DNA of 64,000 nucleotides from Octopus sinensis (GCF_006345805.1 NC_043000.1:12896001-12960000), one strand, 5' to 3'; positions 40,118 to 51,915 are shown, counted from the stretch's first letter. Notes: generated by a model from the sequence alone, not told the origin. Numbers and translations: made by a program.

Positions 40118-40500
40118 TCTCTCTCTATATAAACGGCAGTTTGTCTGTGCATGTTTCTGTGTGTCTGTTTGCTTGTACCCTCACCCTGACCACGGCTTTC
40201 AACCGATTCTGATGAAACTTGACACACACATAGCCCAATGTCATAATTCAAAACTAACGCAGCGAAAATTTTGAAAAGTTCCCCCAGTTCTGAAAAAAAT
40301 CGATAAATTCGACATGGGGTCGAGAATCAGAAACACAAACCGCAAACTGTCTAGGGGACGCAACTCCACCTTTTTTCACTAAAAAAAAAATTTACCATCA
40401 TTTTTTTCCATTTTTTTGCTATTTTTTGGCTATAACTCTCTAAAAATGCTTTATAGTTATTTCCCTTACAAACCCGAGCAACGCCGGGCGATACTGCTAG
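40118..40500 (+). mobile_element. Non-autonomous Helitron
   Basis: A|TC start, CCCGAGCAACGCCGGG hairpin, CTAG|T end. Confidence 0.82.
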
Positions 40501-41048
40501 TTGAGCGATAAGTGCAAATGATGTACATTGTATTAAGTAAACAGACCATGTTTTTGAAGTTGGTTAATTTGCTTACAGAATGTTAGAAATAACTTTCTTC
40601 TTTTTTTTATTTTTATGTGGACTGATAAAGATTTACCTACTCTGCTTTAAAAGCATATAAATTTGTACTTGTATCTGTGAGATAAAGTCATGTTCTTAAC
40701 TTTTCTTCATTTACTTTTCATCCCATAAACAATATGGTGCTACTTTAGCGTGCGGTCTACTTCAGTATCCTGTTTACGTTGTGAAATTACTTTAAGCGTG
40801 CGGTCTACCTTTTTTTACCCTTTTACACCTTAGCGTGCGATCTACCTCCGCTATAAGAACATAATACTACAGGATGATAAAAACAAATTGAATATTGTTG
40901 AATAATGATTTATTAATAATAGAAATATTAAATTTCTAAATATCTCAGAGAGATATAAGCAGTGGTGGAACGATAGAGCAGTTGTATACTGTCAACTTAA
41001 CGTGACAGTCCCATAAAGGGAATCACACCACCGCAATATATATATATA

Positions 41049-41311
41049 TATATATTAGAAAAATTGAGGTAATCAGATCAGATGGTTCATATTTGTAGAT
41101 ATTTATTTATATATTACATTTTTTACATATATATCATATCATATCATTCGGATTTCGGATTAGCGCTTGCTCCCATTCTAGTGGGCTTTTCACTACAAGC
41201 GCTAATCCGAAATCCGAATGATATGATATATATGTAAAAAATGTAATATATAAATAAATATCTACAAATACGAACCATCTGATCTGATTACCTCAATTTT
41301 TCTAATATATA
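41049..41311. repeat. Long inverted repeat (~115-120-bp arms, 26-nt spacer)
   Basis: TATATTAGAAAAATTGAGG...TAGCGCTTG / CAAGCGCTA...CCTCAATTTTTCTAATATA with few differences. Confidence 0.92.
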
Positions 41312-41338
41312 ATACCTGTACATCATCTCCAAACCTTC

Positions 41339-41391
<53 letters not shown>

Positions 41392-41443
41392 TCTGGAGTA
41401 GCATGGCCTGCTAGCTGAAAATACCTGTCTACACTTTGTAAAC

Positions 41444-41499
<56 letters not shown>

Positions 41500-41542
41500 T
41501 ACGAAGTCTAGACAGGTATCTCCAGCTAGCAGGCCATGCTAC

Positions 41543-41584
41543 TCCAGACTGATGACGAGCAAGACTCAGAAACATGTCTCTGGA
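41543..41584 (+). ncRNA. Minimal type-I hammerhead ribozyme motif
   Basis: TCCAGA-CTGATGA-cGAG caaga CTCa-GAAA-C AT G T-C-TCTGGA: 6-bp stem I, intact core, palindromic ACATGT stem III, GUC cleavage triplet at 41576-41578. Confidence 0.8.
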
Positions 41585-42250
41585 TGCAGGCTTAGCTGGA
41601 TGGGGGTGCTTGTCTCCCATTTGTAACCATAAGGACACAGGAAATGTGTCAAGGCCGACAGGAAGCGTTGATGCTTCCTAGGGCTAAATAGCGGTGGTTT
41701 GATTCCCTTTATGGGACTGTCACGTTAAGTTGGCCGTATACAACTGTTCGATTTATTAATAGCTTACACTTAAATCTTAATTAACGATACACACTTTGTA
41801 CATCATTTTGGAATGCCGCAAACAAATCTGCTGCATCTCTTCTCAAAACTTTCCAGCAAAAGCAATCAAAGTGTGACTGAAAAAGCTCACTATTAACGCC
41901 TCTCATTTTCTTTAAAATAGGTGTTTTGGAATCCAACTATGATCTCTCAATAGCCTGTGCTCCTGTCACGTTTTCGTTTTTTCTTGCATGACGCTACCAC
42001 ATTGATGACAAGGATTTGCTTCTTGTGATGTATCCAGAAGATTGTTTTCTTGTAAAAATGCAACTGCTGTTTCCTCTGTAAAAATTATACGTCTATAGAA
42101 ATCCTTTAACAGCATTGTAATGGTTAAATTTAATTTTAAATTATCTCAGGTTAAGAAGGTAAGAAAAGGCAGATCGCACGCTAAAACGTAATTTCACAGA
42201 GTAGACAGGATATGGCAGTAGGCCGCACGCTAAAGTAGCACCAATATATA

Positions 42251-42816
42251 TTGGGTTGTCCGGAAATTTAGTGCCGATTTTTAAAGTAAAGAAAAAGGTC
42301 AATAAATACTTGCCATTACATTTTTAATCAACCAAATATGAACCATTTTGTTGCACAATGCATCTCCATCTTTCCTTTAACTTGAAAATACCATCTTCCC
42401 AGAATTGAGGTGGTTTCATGGCAAAGAATTCATCAAGGTATCTTTTTACGTCATCCAAGGAATTGAAATTTTTACCATTTAGACTATTCTGCAGAGACCT
42501 GAATAAGTGGAAATCCGAAGTAGCAATATCTGGTGAATATGGAGGGTGGAGTAACACATCCCAGCCGAGCTGCTGCAATTTCTGTCTGGTTCCCAAAGCA
42601 TCAAGTGCCGAAAATGAACTTTCTTATCTTCCATTTTAAAGGGTTACAGAATTAACACAGGTTATAGGAACATAAACCTTCTTCCACGAAAAGAAAGCAT
42701 AAACTGTGCTCTAAATGGAGGTGTAGTCAAATCCTATTTTATGGACTCAACCATGTTCTAAAATAAGTCGAAAGGTAAGCTACTATAAATCGGCACGAAC
42801 TTTCCGGACAACCCAA
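42251..42816 (-). mobile_element. Internally deleted mariner derivative (same family as 16381-17769)
   Basis: Both TIRs and TA TSD present; the first codons are joined directly to LGTRQKL...HPPYSPDIATSDFHLF...YLVD*. Confidence 0.92.
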
Positions 42817-43743
42817 TAGTATGATATATTTTAAGTGGATTAATCGATATCAAATAGACCCGGCTTTAGGGGTGTATTAATTTGCAACTATAATAACAAT
42901 TTAGCTCTTTGCTCATAGTTTATTTTACATTTTAACTGTCTCCAGAAACCGGAAAATCCAGAAACCTGGAAAATCCAGAAATCTGTGCCACTTCTGATCC
43001 CAAGCTTACTGGTCATTTGGTCTGGTACTGAAGTTTATAAGATAGGAAAATCAATTGCAAAGCTTATTTAGGACGAAACATCGAATGCTAGTTAGTCGCA
43101 AGTGCCACGGTTTAAAAGTCATGACTACGAGTTGAGACTAGAAGTCAAAGCGAGAAGCTCTTAGGCATGGGTTACAGCAACAATGGAATCGTAATGTTAT
43201 TCATAGCAGGAGGCTCGCTACTATAGGCCACGAGATAGAGAGTTCATTGTAACTCTTTGTACATCTAAAGGTATTTAGTACAGATCATAGCAAAGAGCTT
43301 AGGTTCAATATCATGCATATTAAGAGAAAGGTTTTAGTAATTGTTTACTCTCAGGTTAGCTCTGATTGAAAAGACCTATGATCAAAGGTATTCCAGCCAT
43401 GACCATCCTCTTTTTTTTTGTATATAGAACGTTTTGAAATTACATTGGCAAAACTGAGTCGTCTTCTTCTTCTTCTTCTTCTTCTTCTTCTTCTTCTTCT
43501 TCTTCTGATGATGATGATGATGATGATGATGAAAAAAATTTATGATTCGATTTGAAGGAACTTGGTTGCTATTTCTAGATGGTCAAACAACCACATAGAA
43601 ACGTCCTATCCTTGCTAGCTCTGTTGAAGTAAAGCATACACTTTGCTTGTTATTATGATGTCTTCAAATGTCTCGACCTGCCTTGCTACATTGAATAATA
43701 CAATTTCTCAAAACCTTACCAAACTATGATTCTATCTTTACAG

Positions 43744-43897
43744 GCGGCTCATATTGTTGCTCATATGATCAAGTATTCACCAAATGAAGTCTTCATGGGT
43801 TTAACCAGATCACTCGGTGTCGGCCTCTTTAGTCCTGCTGAAGGACCAACTATTTTCCCCGAAAATTCTAATCTTGCAGATTATCCAGAATGCTACA
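43744..43897 (+). CDS. Zinc metallopeptidase exon
   Basis: tttacag|GCG GCT...TAC A|gtttgt; 154 nt, phase 0/1; AAHIVAHMIKYSPNEVFMGLTRSLGVGLFSPAEGPTIFPENSNLADYPECY(N). The donor is weaker, but its phase fits the next acceptor. Confidence 0.82.
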
Positions 43898-44086
43898 GTT
43901 TGTATATTTACCATTATGTTTAAGTTTTATAAAGGGTGAACATTTCAGAGTGACTCTTGTTTAGCAAGTAATTTGATCTGAGAACAAACAGAATTTGCTG
44001 ATTTCATTTAAGCATTTATTTATTTGGTGTCAAGATTTTCGTCGCACTGTCTGCAACCTGGTCACTGCAACCAAGTAATTTATGTT

Positions 44087-44487
44087 TGCAGGAGTGGCTG
44101 TGTGGTAAGTAGTTGCTTACCAACCACATGGTTCCGGGTTCAGTCCCACTGCGTGGCACCTTGGGCAAGTGTCTTCTACTATAGCCTCGGGCCGACCAAA
44201 GCCTTGTGAGTGGATTTGGTAGACGGAAACTGAAAGAAGCCCGTCGTATATATGTATATATATGCGTGTGTGTTTGTGTGTCTGTGTTTGTCCCCCCAAC
44301 ATCGCTTGACAACCGATGCTGGTGTGCTTACGTCCCCGTAACTTAGCGGTTCGGCAAAAGAGACCGATAGAATAAGTACTAGGCTTACAAAGAATAAGTC
44401 CTGGGGGTCGATTTGCTCGACTAAAGGAGGTGCTCCAGCATGGCCGCAGTCAAATGACTGAAACAAGTAAAAGAGTAAAAGAGTAAA
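44087..44487 (+). mobile_element. SINE family A (intronic)
   Basis: Full-length, CpG-intact copy. Confidence 0.88.
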
Positions 44488-45369
44488 AGCTGAAAATTTC
44501 ATAGAGTTCTACTTGTCTGGCAAGTGAATTTATCTGAGAACACACAGGATCTGTTAACTTCATTTTATTGTTTTTGGCGTCAAAATGCACGTCGTATTAC
44601 CTGTGACCTCGTTACGGACACCAAATGATAAACAATTAAATAAATAGTTTCTGTGTGCTTTGACTGGCTAAAATGAGCCTTCCACGCTCTAATTACAAAG
44701 GGTGAAAATATTTTCCATAAACTGATCAATTTTTACTCACCTCTGTAAAGTGGTGACCTGGAAGAATTGTTAGCACGCCAGACAAAATGCTTAGCGACAT
44801 TTCGCCCGTCTTTACATTATGTGTTTAAATACCACCGAGGTCGACTTTGCTTCTCATCTTTTCGGGGTCGATAAAATAAGTACCACTGATCGATGAAATC
44901 GAACTTGCTGGTCTTGTGCCAAAATTTGAAACCAATATTTATTCACCTCTGAGCTCAGCAATTTAAAAAAAAAAAAACCCTGCTTCTTTGCGTAAACTTA
45001 ATATTGATTTATTAATCCACTTTTGTTATGCCAAATAATGAATGCAATGGTTTGTGACAGTTAACCAGTCGGCGTTTTAAAACGCTTTCTTGTTTATCCC
45101 TGTTGTTCTTTTTACAAAGCAGCCAATACCAGTTTATTTTTAGTCCACAATTCAAAATAATCATTCAGATATGGCTACGTATTTCACAAGTTCGCTTCAC
45201 AACCATTTGGTTTCGGGCTCAGTCCCACTCCACAGTACATTGGACAAGTGTCTTGTAGTATTGTTCCGGGCCGACCAATGCTTTGTGTATGAATTTGGTA
45301 GATGGAAGTAGTACGGAAACCTGTATAATTGATATATATATATGTATATATGTATATATATATATATAT

Positions 45370-45417
<48 letters not shown>

Positions 45418-45461
45418 CATGTATGAATGTATGTATGTATGTATGTATGTATGTATGTATG

Positions 45462-45507
<46 letters not shown>

Positions 45508-45837
45508 CAATAATAATAATATGGGTAAAATTAATTAATTAATTAGTAATTAATAATTTTACCAAGCAGTGTTCAGTATGTAAAAGGACCATTTAACGGT
45601 AAATTTAAACATTATTTTATATAATAGGGTTCAGCAAAAAATTGCTTTACCACACACCGAACTTTTAGAAATAGCAGCCCAAGAATTTAGCTATTTCTTC
45701 TACTTTAAGAAGAGTCTCCCAGATAATGTATACTCGAAAATATTACACGTCGGTATAGAGGGAAAAATAACGAAAGTTCACTCGAAAGATTACACATTAT
45801 CTGGGAGATTCTTCTTCAAGTAGAAGAAGTAGTTGTT

Positions 45838-45883
45838 AACGCAACATTTCGGCTGATATACCCTCCAGCCTTCATCAGGTATC
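45838..45883 (-). ncRNA. Hammerhead motif of the tRNA-head/HHR element (left arm, locus 1)
   Basis: Minus strand GATAC-CTGATGA-A-GGCTG gagggtatat CAGCC-GAAA-TGTT-GCGTT; stem III shows CpG-type decay (ACGT to ATGT). Confidence 0.65.
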
Positions 45884-45941
45884 TTGGGGAAATTTCGAAC
45901 CTGGAATCTCATTCCTAAGGTATTTTTCGGTGTTGTTGTTG

Positions 45942-45994
<53 letters not shown>

Positions 45995-46150
45995 CAGGTC
46001 ACTGCCTAGAGTTGAACTCGGAATCTTGGGATTAGTAGCCCGTGCTCTTAACTACTACGTCATATGCCATATGCCCCTGGGCATATGGCATATGACGAAG
46101 TGGTTAAGAGCGCGGGCTACTAACCCGAAGATAATAATTAATAGCAACAG

Positions 46151-46181
<31 letters not shown>

Positions 46182-46773
46182 AATAATAATAATAATAATA
46201 TAACTGTTTGGAAGTATTATCATGTACATTGTTTTGTCTTGGTATAAAAGATGGGCTACAGCAAATATTCTGCTCAATACCACAGATTTGCTTGTCAGTT
46301 GTTTGACCTAAACCAGTTGAGCATGTCCCTTAGTGGCTGATGATATGTGCATCTCTGATCACGAGCTGAAGTAGTGGAGGAGCATCATAGCCGTGTGGTG
46401 AAAGGAATTATTAGAAGTTTGGATAATTCACCTTTGGAAACATGGATGTTTCGTTCAATATCCTTAAACAATCTTTATTCAGGGACCTTTTGAGTGGGAT
46501 GGGCTACTCGACCGGAAGAAAATTCTAACTGGGCCCCACCTGCAAGGTCATGCGCTGTTTATCTTGATATGAGATCACCATGTTGCGCATATATGGTTGT
46601 GATGCATGTGCCTGGTATACCCTTATCAGACGGGTAGTCATGATGGGTATACTGGGCTTCGTATATTTTATCCCAGGGTCACTTTGATGGCATGCGCTGC
46701 TCTCTCACTCAATAATAATAATAGCATCGAAAAATACCGTAGGAATGAGAATCCAGGTTAGAAATTTCTCCAA

Positions 46774-46819
46774 GACATCTGATGAAGGCTGGAGGGTATA
46801 TCAGTCGAAACATTGTGTT
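46774..46819 (+). ncRNA. Hammerhead motif of the tRNA-head/HHR element (right arm, locus 1)
   Basis: GACAT-CTGATGA-A-GGCTG gagggtatat CAGTC-GAAAC-ATT-GTGTT. Confidence 0.65.
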
Positions 46820-47451
46820 AACAACAAACAAGATGAGGACAAATACCCGTCAAATGTAAATAATGTACATAATTCCTCATCTCTTAAATATAGAATTATA
46901 TATACACTGGCATACCTTGGCTTAAGTCGTTCTCGATTATACGTCGGCTTTCAAAAATAATTTATGGAAAAATAGAAATCAAGTTAAGTCATTTTACCCG
47001 ACTTTACGTCTGTCCGCCTCAAATATTAGAATCGTAAAATCACTAGAAAACCGTTAAAAGCACATAAAATCATATTAAAATACGTACAGTAAATTTTAAA
47101 ATGCACTCCATAAAGTAATGTAGCTTAGTGAACGAAATCATGAAGTCAGCTGTGTTGTCGCTTGGGTAATTGATATTGTCTTTAAAAAAATCCTGTTCAA
47201 ATCTCGGCATACATTTGCAGATGCATACTCTGCCTTGACCGGTAGATCTGACCAAGAACAATACCTCTCCTCTAACAAAGAACCATTACAATTCCATTCT
47301 TCTTACGGCAGACAAACTTATTCCATTTAATAAACTTAAACTAACAATTAAACCATAGTAAATTTCTTATATTAAGACACTTTTGTTGTCTATGCGTTCG
47401 ATAATGCTTTTTCATTTTCCATTGTTCATTATTTTATCCTTGTTTTTATAG

Positions 47452-47660
47452 ACAGATGTTCGGGTAAATGTTCAGTCACGTGTACCTTTGACGGTCGGAA
47501 ATGGCAGTCCATCGCTGGGCTGACCAACACCAGGGCTTGTGTTCTTGCTGAAAATGTCATGTGTTCTCCAGGTGATCCATACGGTCATTCAGAAAGCATT
47601 TTGAACCATGAATTCGGACATCTTGTTCATAGATATGTGCCGCAAATGTGGAAAAATAAG
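47452..47660 (+). CDS. Zinc metallopeptidase exon carrying the HExxH motif
   Basis: tttttatag|AC AGA...AAT AAG|gtaaag; 209 nt, phase 1/0; RCSGKCSVTCTFDGRKWQSIAGLTNTRACVLAENVMCSPGDPYGHSESILNHEFGHLVHRYVPQMWKNK. Absent from the ORF track. Confidence 0.92.
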
Positions 47661-48933
47661 GTAAAGAATTTCAGTTACATAGCATTCGCATAATCTTTAT
47701 GATTGTCACCGTCTTCAATCGTTGTCACTATCACGGACGTTTCGGTTAGTTCGATATTCCCTCTCCTGGCCTGTCTGCGTTTCCATAAGCCGCAGTGACA
47801 CTATACTATATGTATATATATATATTGTATACACACGTAAGTAAGTCATCTAACGGTTCATAAGTCAGGAAAAAGATGCACTTGTATAGCTGTCAATAGA
47901 GTGGGTATACCATCCGAAGTGTATAGTATGAATCCATAATACTGTACACTTCAAATTCTCAATAAAGCAGTCTACTATCCTTAGATCTTTTGTTGGTAAT
48001 AAGAAGGTAGATAAAAAAAATTAGAACTGAATCAGAATCCTATGACCTTCACTGTGTTCCATTCCATGTCACTCCAAAATTGTAGTTTCTCTTCTTTTAG
48101 CTTATTCTTGCTGCAATAGTGACAACATGAAATTCTTTCATCCTCTAGCTCTGATAAAATATTTGAGAAAAATTATATTTAATATGTCTTGTCTGTCGAA
48201 AATCCATATTTTTTGCAACTGAAGATGGCACTGTAGTTATATCGATGTAATGCTTGCATTGTTCAATTAAATGGAGCCGCTTGAAACGGTCGTATTGCAC
48301 TAATACTAGACATCCTGTTACTTATTTTGATTATATATATATCACTACACAGTTGTCCACTTATGAAAGAGAGTGCATGAAGTGATCTCCCCCGATTCAC
48401 CGGAAACAAGAAATTGAGTACAGAAAAGGTACGGCAGTATTTACGGTACACACAATGATTGCAACAACGCTTTTCCATCACCAACAATTTGTGCAACTCC
48501 CTGTCGAATGTGATGGTGTCACAAAGAAGATCAAAATGGGAAATGATAGCTACGTGTATATAACGAAAGTGCCTGAGCTTAAAATTGGCGGAAAGCGTCC
48601 TTGCATTCTGTTATATCACAATAATACACAGTGGCTGTGTGTGCTACGAAATCCTCGTCGCCACTGTTATATCGCACGTTCGGATGACCTCTACTCAACT
48701 CTGACGTCTAGACTTCTCCCTCTATATCTACGTATTAGGGTAGCCTACTTCATCGTCTGGGGGCGTCCACACAACACATTCCAAAGCTAGATCTGCAGGA
48801 AGCTCACTGCCACATACAGTATTCTAGACAGAAACATTCCGGTTACCTCTGTCCTCTTTATACATAAATATAGAAGACATTTTGTTATTTTTAGTAGCCT
48901 AATTTCTAATTCAACATATTTTATTCCGTACAG

Positions 48934-49082
48934 ATTGGGGCTGCTTACAGAAATGCCTATAATAGACAACTGTGGAAACTCGGTACTTATGCTATGGCGA
49001 ATGCCCATGAATACTTTGCAGAGGCAACAGAGGCTTTTTTCTTAGATTCCAAAAGGACGGACGTAACAGGCGGTATGAATAT
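48934..49082 (+). CDS. Zinc metallopeptidase exon carrying the Tyr and third-ligand Glu motif
   Basis: ccgtacag|ATT GGG...AAT AT|gtaagt; 149 nt, phase 0/2; IGAAYRNAYNRQLWKLGTYAMANAHEYFAEATEAFFLDSKRTDVTGGMN(M). Confidence 0.92.
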
Positions 49083-50852
49083 GTAAGTAACAAATGGTTC
49101 TGAAAATCTGTCTGCTTGTCTCTTGTTTTACGTCACTCGCTGTTTAAATTTGCTTGTCTTTCTCTGTGTCTGTCTAATTATCCGCTTCTCCCTCTGGACA
49201 GCTCATTTCCACATCTGTACACAGTTTCTCTTCTCCATCCCAAATCATTACATCAAGTCTATTGTGTGTTGACGTTTTTCGTTTTTGTTTTTTCTTCTTT
49301 CATTCGGTATCACTTCTTCCTCTGTTTCCTTGGAGAAGTTTTGACCAGTCTCTTTGGTTTGTCTGGTTTATTATTATATAATAATTATTTTTGGTCCTGG
49401 TATAAGGAGAAAAGTAAGCGAGGCTTCAAGAAACGTATTGCGGGAAGATTTTCGTAAACTGTATTTTCTGACTCTGAGGGTGCACCATTGAATAGTGAGG
49501 AAGGCTCAGTGTCGCCCAGTGCACCCCTTTAGAGACGGACATGTGTCTGTCCCTACTAGTCCATAAATTTACATGGCAGTTTCAAATGAAATCACCAAGT
49601 TAATTATTTAGCTTGCCGTATAGTTTGTTTCATTCCTGCAAGATTGTTTCATTACTTCAACAAATGAGATTTCAGCGAGACACAGCTGAATAGTGTACTT
49701 CCTTTTTCTTCAACCACGCTATTGGATGACTTGCCAAGGATGGCGGCCTAGCTGGTTTTGTTTCGGGTCACTTTTCAGTTAACTGTCCTTGAATTGAGGA
49801 GAGCAGTACTGCACCTAAAGAGGTCTACTCCGTCACATTACAAAATCTATATCTGCTCCAGATTTGTGGAGAACGACCATCACCATATGGTCGCCTGAGT
49901 GCAGAGTGAAAGTTGAATACTTCCAGAAGTATTCTGTAACCATCCACGTCGTCGTTTTCCTTATCACCACTGGAGAAAGTGTAATGGTGCCGGTACCCAC
50001 GTCTTGGTTTACTGAACGAGCTATACAGTGAATGTTATTGTGAATATGTTTTGTGCAGAGCCATCCCCATTCGCTCGCCCTTCAAACTTGTATTGGTCTG
50101 GTGCAACAAGTCCCACGAATTAGTTATTAGATTGCCGGATTTGTGTGGAGTTAATTTCTCTTAGAAGAGCTTCTAAAGAGTTGAAGGACATCCTCTGCCC
50201 CTGTGTCCCATGGGATATCTGTGAGCGACCTTCTTCCTGAAGCAGTTATGTGACATGCTAATTAGCCCGTAGCTGGGATCCTGGCTGGTGATACAATTCC
50301 GGGTCAGAGTAGAACTGGAACCAATAATGACTAAGAGGTGTTCCACATTCCTCAAAACTCTGGAACCTTCGCATCCAGGGCCAAATACAGGATGAAGTTT
50401 AAAGCCTTACCCACCTAGCCTACTTACATACAAGTATAGCTATCCATCTCTGTTATTATAAATCTATCTATCTATCTATCTATCTATCTACACGATTCCA
50501 ATTGATCGGCCCCACTTTTTTTTTCACGATCCCTTTTGATCGGAATTCGCTCCCGTTTTTTCTTTTTTTTTCCCTTCTCTTCTTCCCAAAAAGAAAAGCT
50601 CTACTTTGTATTTTGTCCCTTCTGTGTTTAGCCCTGTGTGGCCAATAAAGATATCTATCTATCTATCTATCTATCTATCTGTCTGTCTGTCTATCCATTT
50701 CTCAGCCTATCTGTCCAACCGTCCGTCTATTTACGTGTCTACCTGCGGCGGTGGCGGCAACGACGATGATGTCGACGACAATGAATGACGGCGATGACGA
50801 CAACTGAAATCTTCCTTGGTCTGTTAAAAACTCTATCTTCTCTGTTTATCAG

Positions 50853-51000
50853 GTGTGGTACCAACAGAGTGTGTCCTAATGAGAGAAGTTCACGGGAATA
50901 CCTCAAGAGACATGATCCAGCACTCTACGAAACCTTGGTTTACGCTTACACAAACGGAAGACCAAACATGGCTATGGGACTGAAAATATGTGTTGATTAA
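50853..51000 (+). CDS. Zinc metallopeptidase last exon
   Basis: tgtttatcag|G TGT...GAT TAA; phase 2; CGTNRVCPNERSSREYLKRHDPALYETLVYAYTNGRPNMAMGLKICVD*. ATTAAA at 51018-51023 is a candidate polyA signal. Confidence 0.88.
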
Positions 51001-51138
51001 CTGTAAATTTTACGGCAATTAAACCTGAACTATTTCTATCTGTTTTTCTGTCTGTCAGTCAATCCAGCCACCCATCCGTCCGTCTATCTGTTTGTCTGTC
51101 CATCCGTCTGTCTGCCTTTCTGTCTATCTATCTATCTA

Positions 51139-51653
51139 TCGTAAATCCTCGAGTATAATCCGCATTTTTTCCCCAAAATTTAAAGGTCAAAATCCCTAGT
51201 GCGTACTATATACGAGGTTAAAAAGGAAAAATTATTTTCTAAGCAATGTCCGAGTCTCTATTTGCTGTCCGGCAATTTCTATTCAGACGCATTTTGTGAT
51301 GTCGGGCGCGAAAATACCTTAAGCTAAGCCTGAAAGCAATGAAGTTATAAAAGAATCATCCATAACTTGCAGTAAGCAATATTTATTAAACGTTATTACT
51401 GTTATTTCTTTATTTTCTGCAAACAAAATGCACAAAAAAGCTACACGTTTGCATTATGTTATATATATATAATAATAATAAAGGACGTTACCGTATACAT
51501 TTTTACAAACCAAGGACATTATATAGACCTCCTTGACTCAAGTTAGAGAAGGGGTGCGTATTATACACAAGGTTTAAGTTTTTCAGAGGTACAGCCCCCT
51601 AAAAATCCCCTGCGTATTATACTCAAGAGCGGACTATACTCGAGAATTTACGG
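51139..51653. mobile_element. TA-flanked Tc1/mariner-type MITE, copy 2, inserted in a (TCTA)n tract
   Basis: Same TIRs and internal sequence as 19238-19750. Confidence 0.85.
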
Positions 51654-51687
<34 letters not shown>

Positions 51688-51915
51688 CATACTCACACAC
51701 GAAAAATTCCTTGATATAGTCACAATATTTAAAAAAATATTTCTTTATATTATTTACATATTACTGTTATGTGGTTAAGAAGCACGCGTCACAACCACGT
51801 GCTTTGGAGTTCAGTTCCACAGCGTAGCATCTTGGAAAAGTATCGTCTACTATAACTCCGGGCCAATCAATACCTTGTGAGTCAATTTGGTTGACGGAAA
51901 ATATTTGAAAATTCA

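Larger units (their letters stand above)
40736..42242 (-). mobile_element. Merlin (IS1016/ISXO2-like) non-autonomous transposon carrying internal insertions
   Basis: 25-bp TIRs GGTGCTACTTTAGCGTGCGGTCTAC (24/25 match) with subterminal TTAGCGTGCG repeats. Minus-strand remnant 41781-42115 reads MLLKDFYRRIIFTEETAVAFLQENNLL...CHQCGSVM, then AIERS*LDSK..KKMRG...SHFDCFCWK...DLFAAF, i.e. ISXO2-like N- and C-termini without the DDE core. Confidence 0.75.
45831..46897. mobile_element. Head-to-head inverted tRNA-head/hammerhead retroelement, right arm interrupted by an unclassified ~500-bp repeat (about 46200-46710)
   Basis: Palindromic centre ...CATATGCCATATGCCC ct GGGCATATGGCATATG... at 46077-46078; same sequence family as 56833-57344. 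Confidence 0.75.

Noticed and set aside
40209-40218. CTGATGAAAC inside a Helitron (also at about 9653-9662 on the minus strand)
   Set aside because: No room for stem II between CTGATGA and GAAA; a chance match.
49441-49545. Segment similar to about 61105-61225 (TGAGGGTGCA.CATTGAATAGTGAGG)
   Set aside because: Most likely two copies of an unclassified dispersed repeat; no structure beyond that.
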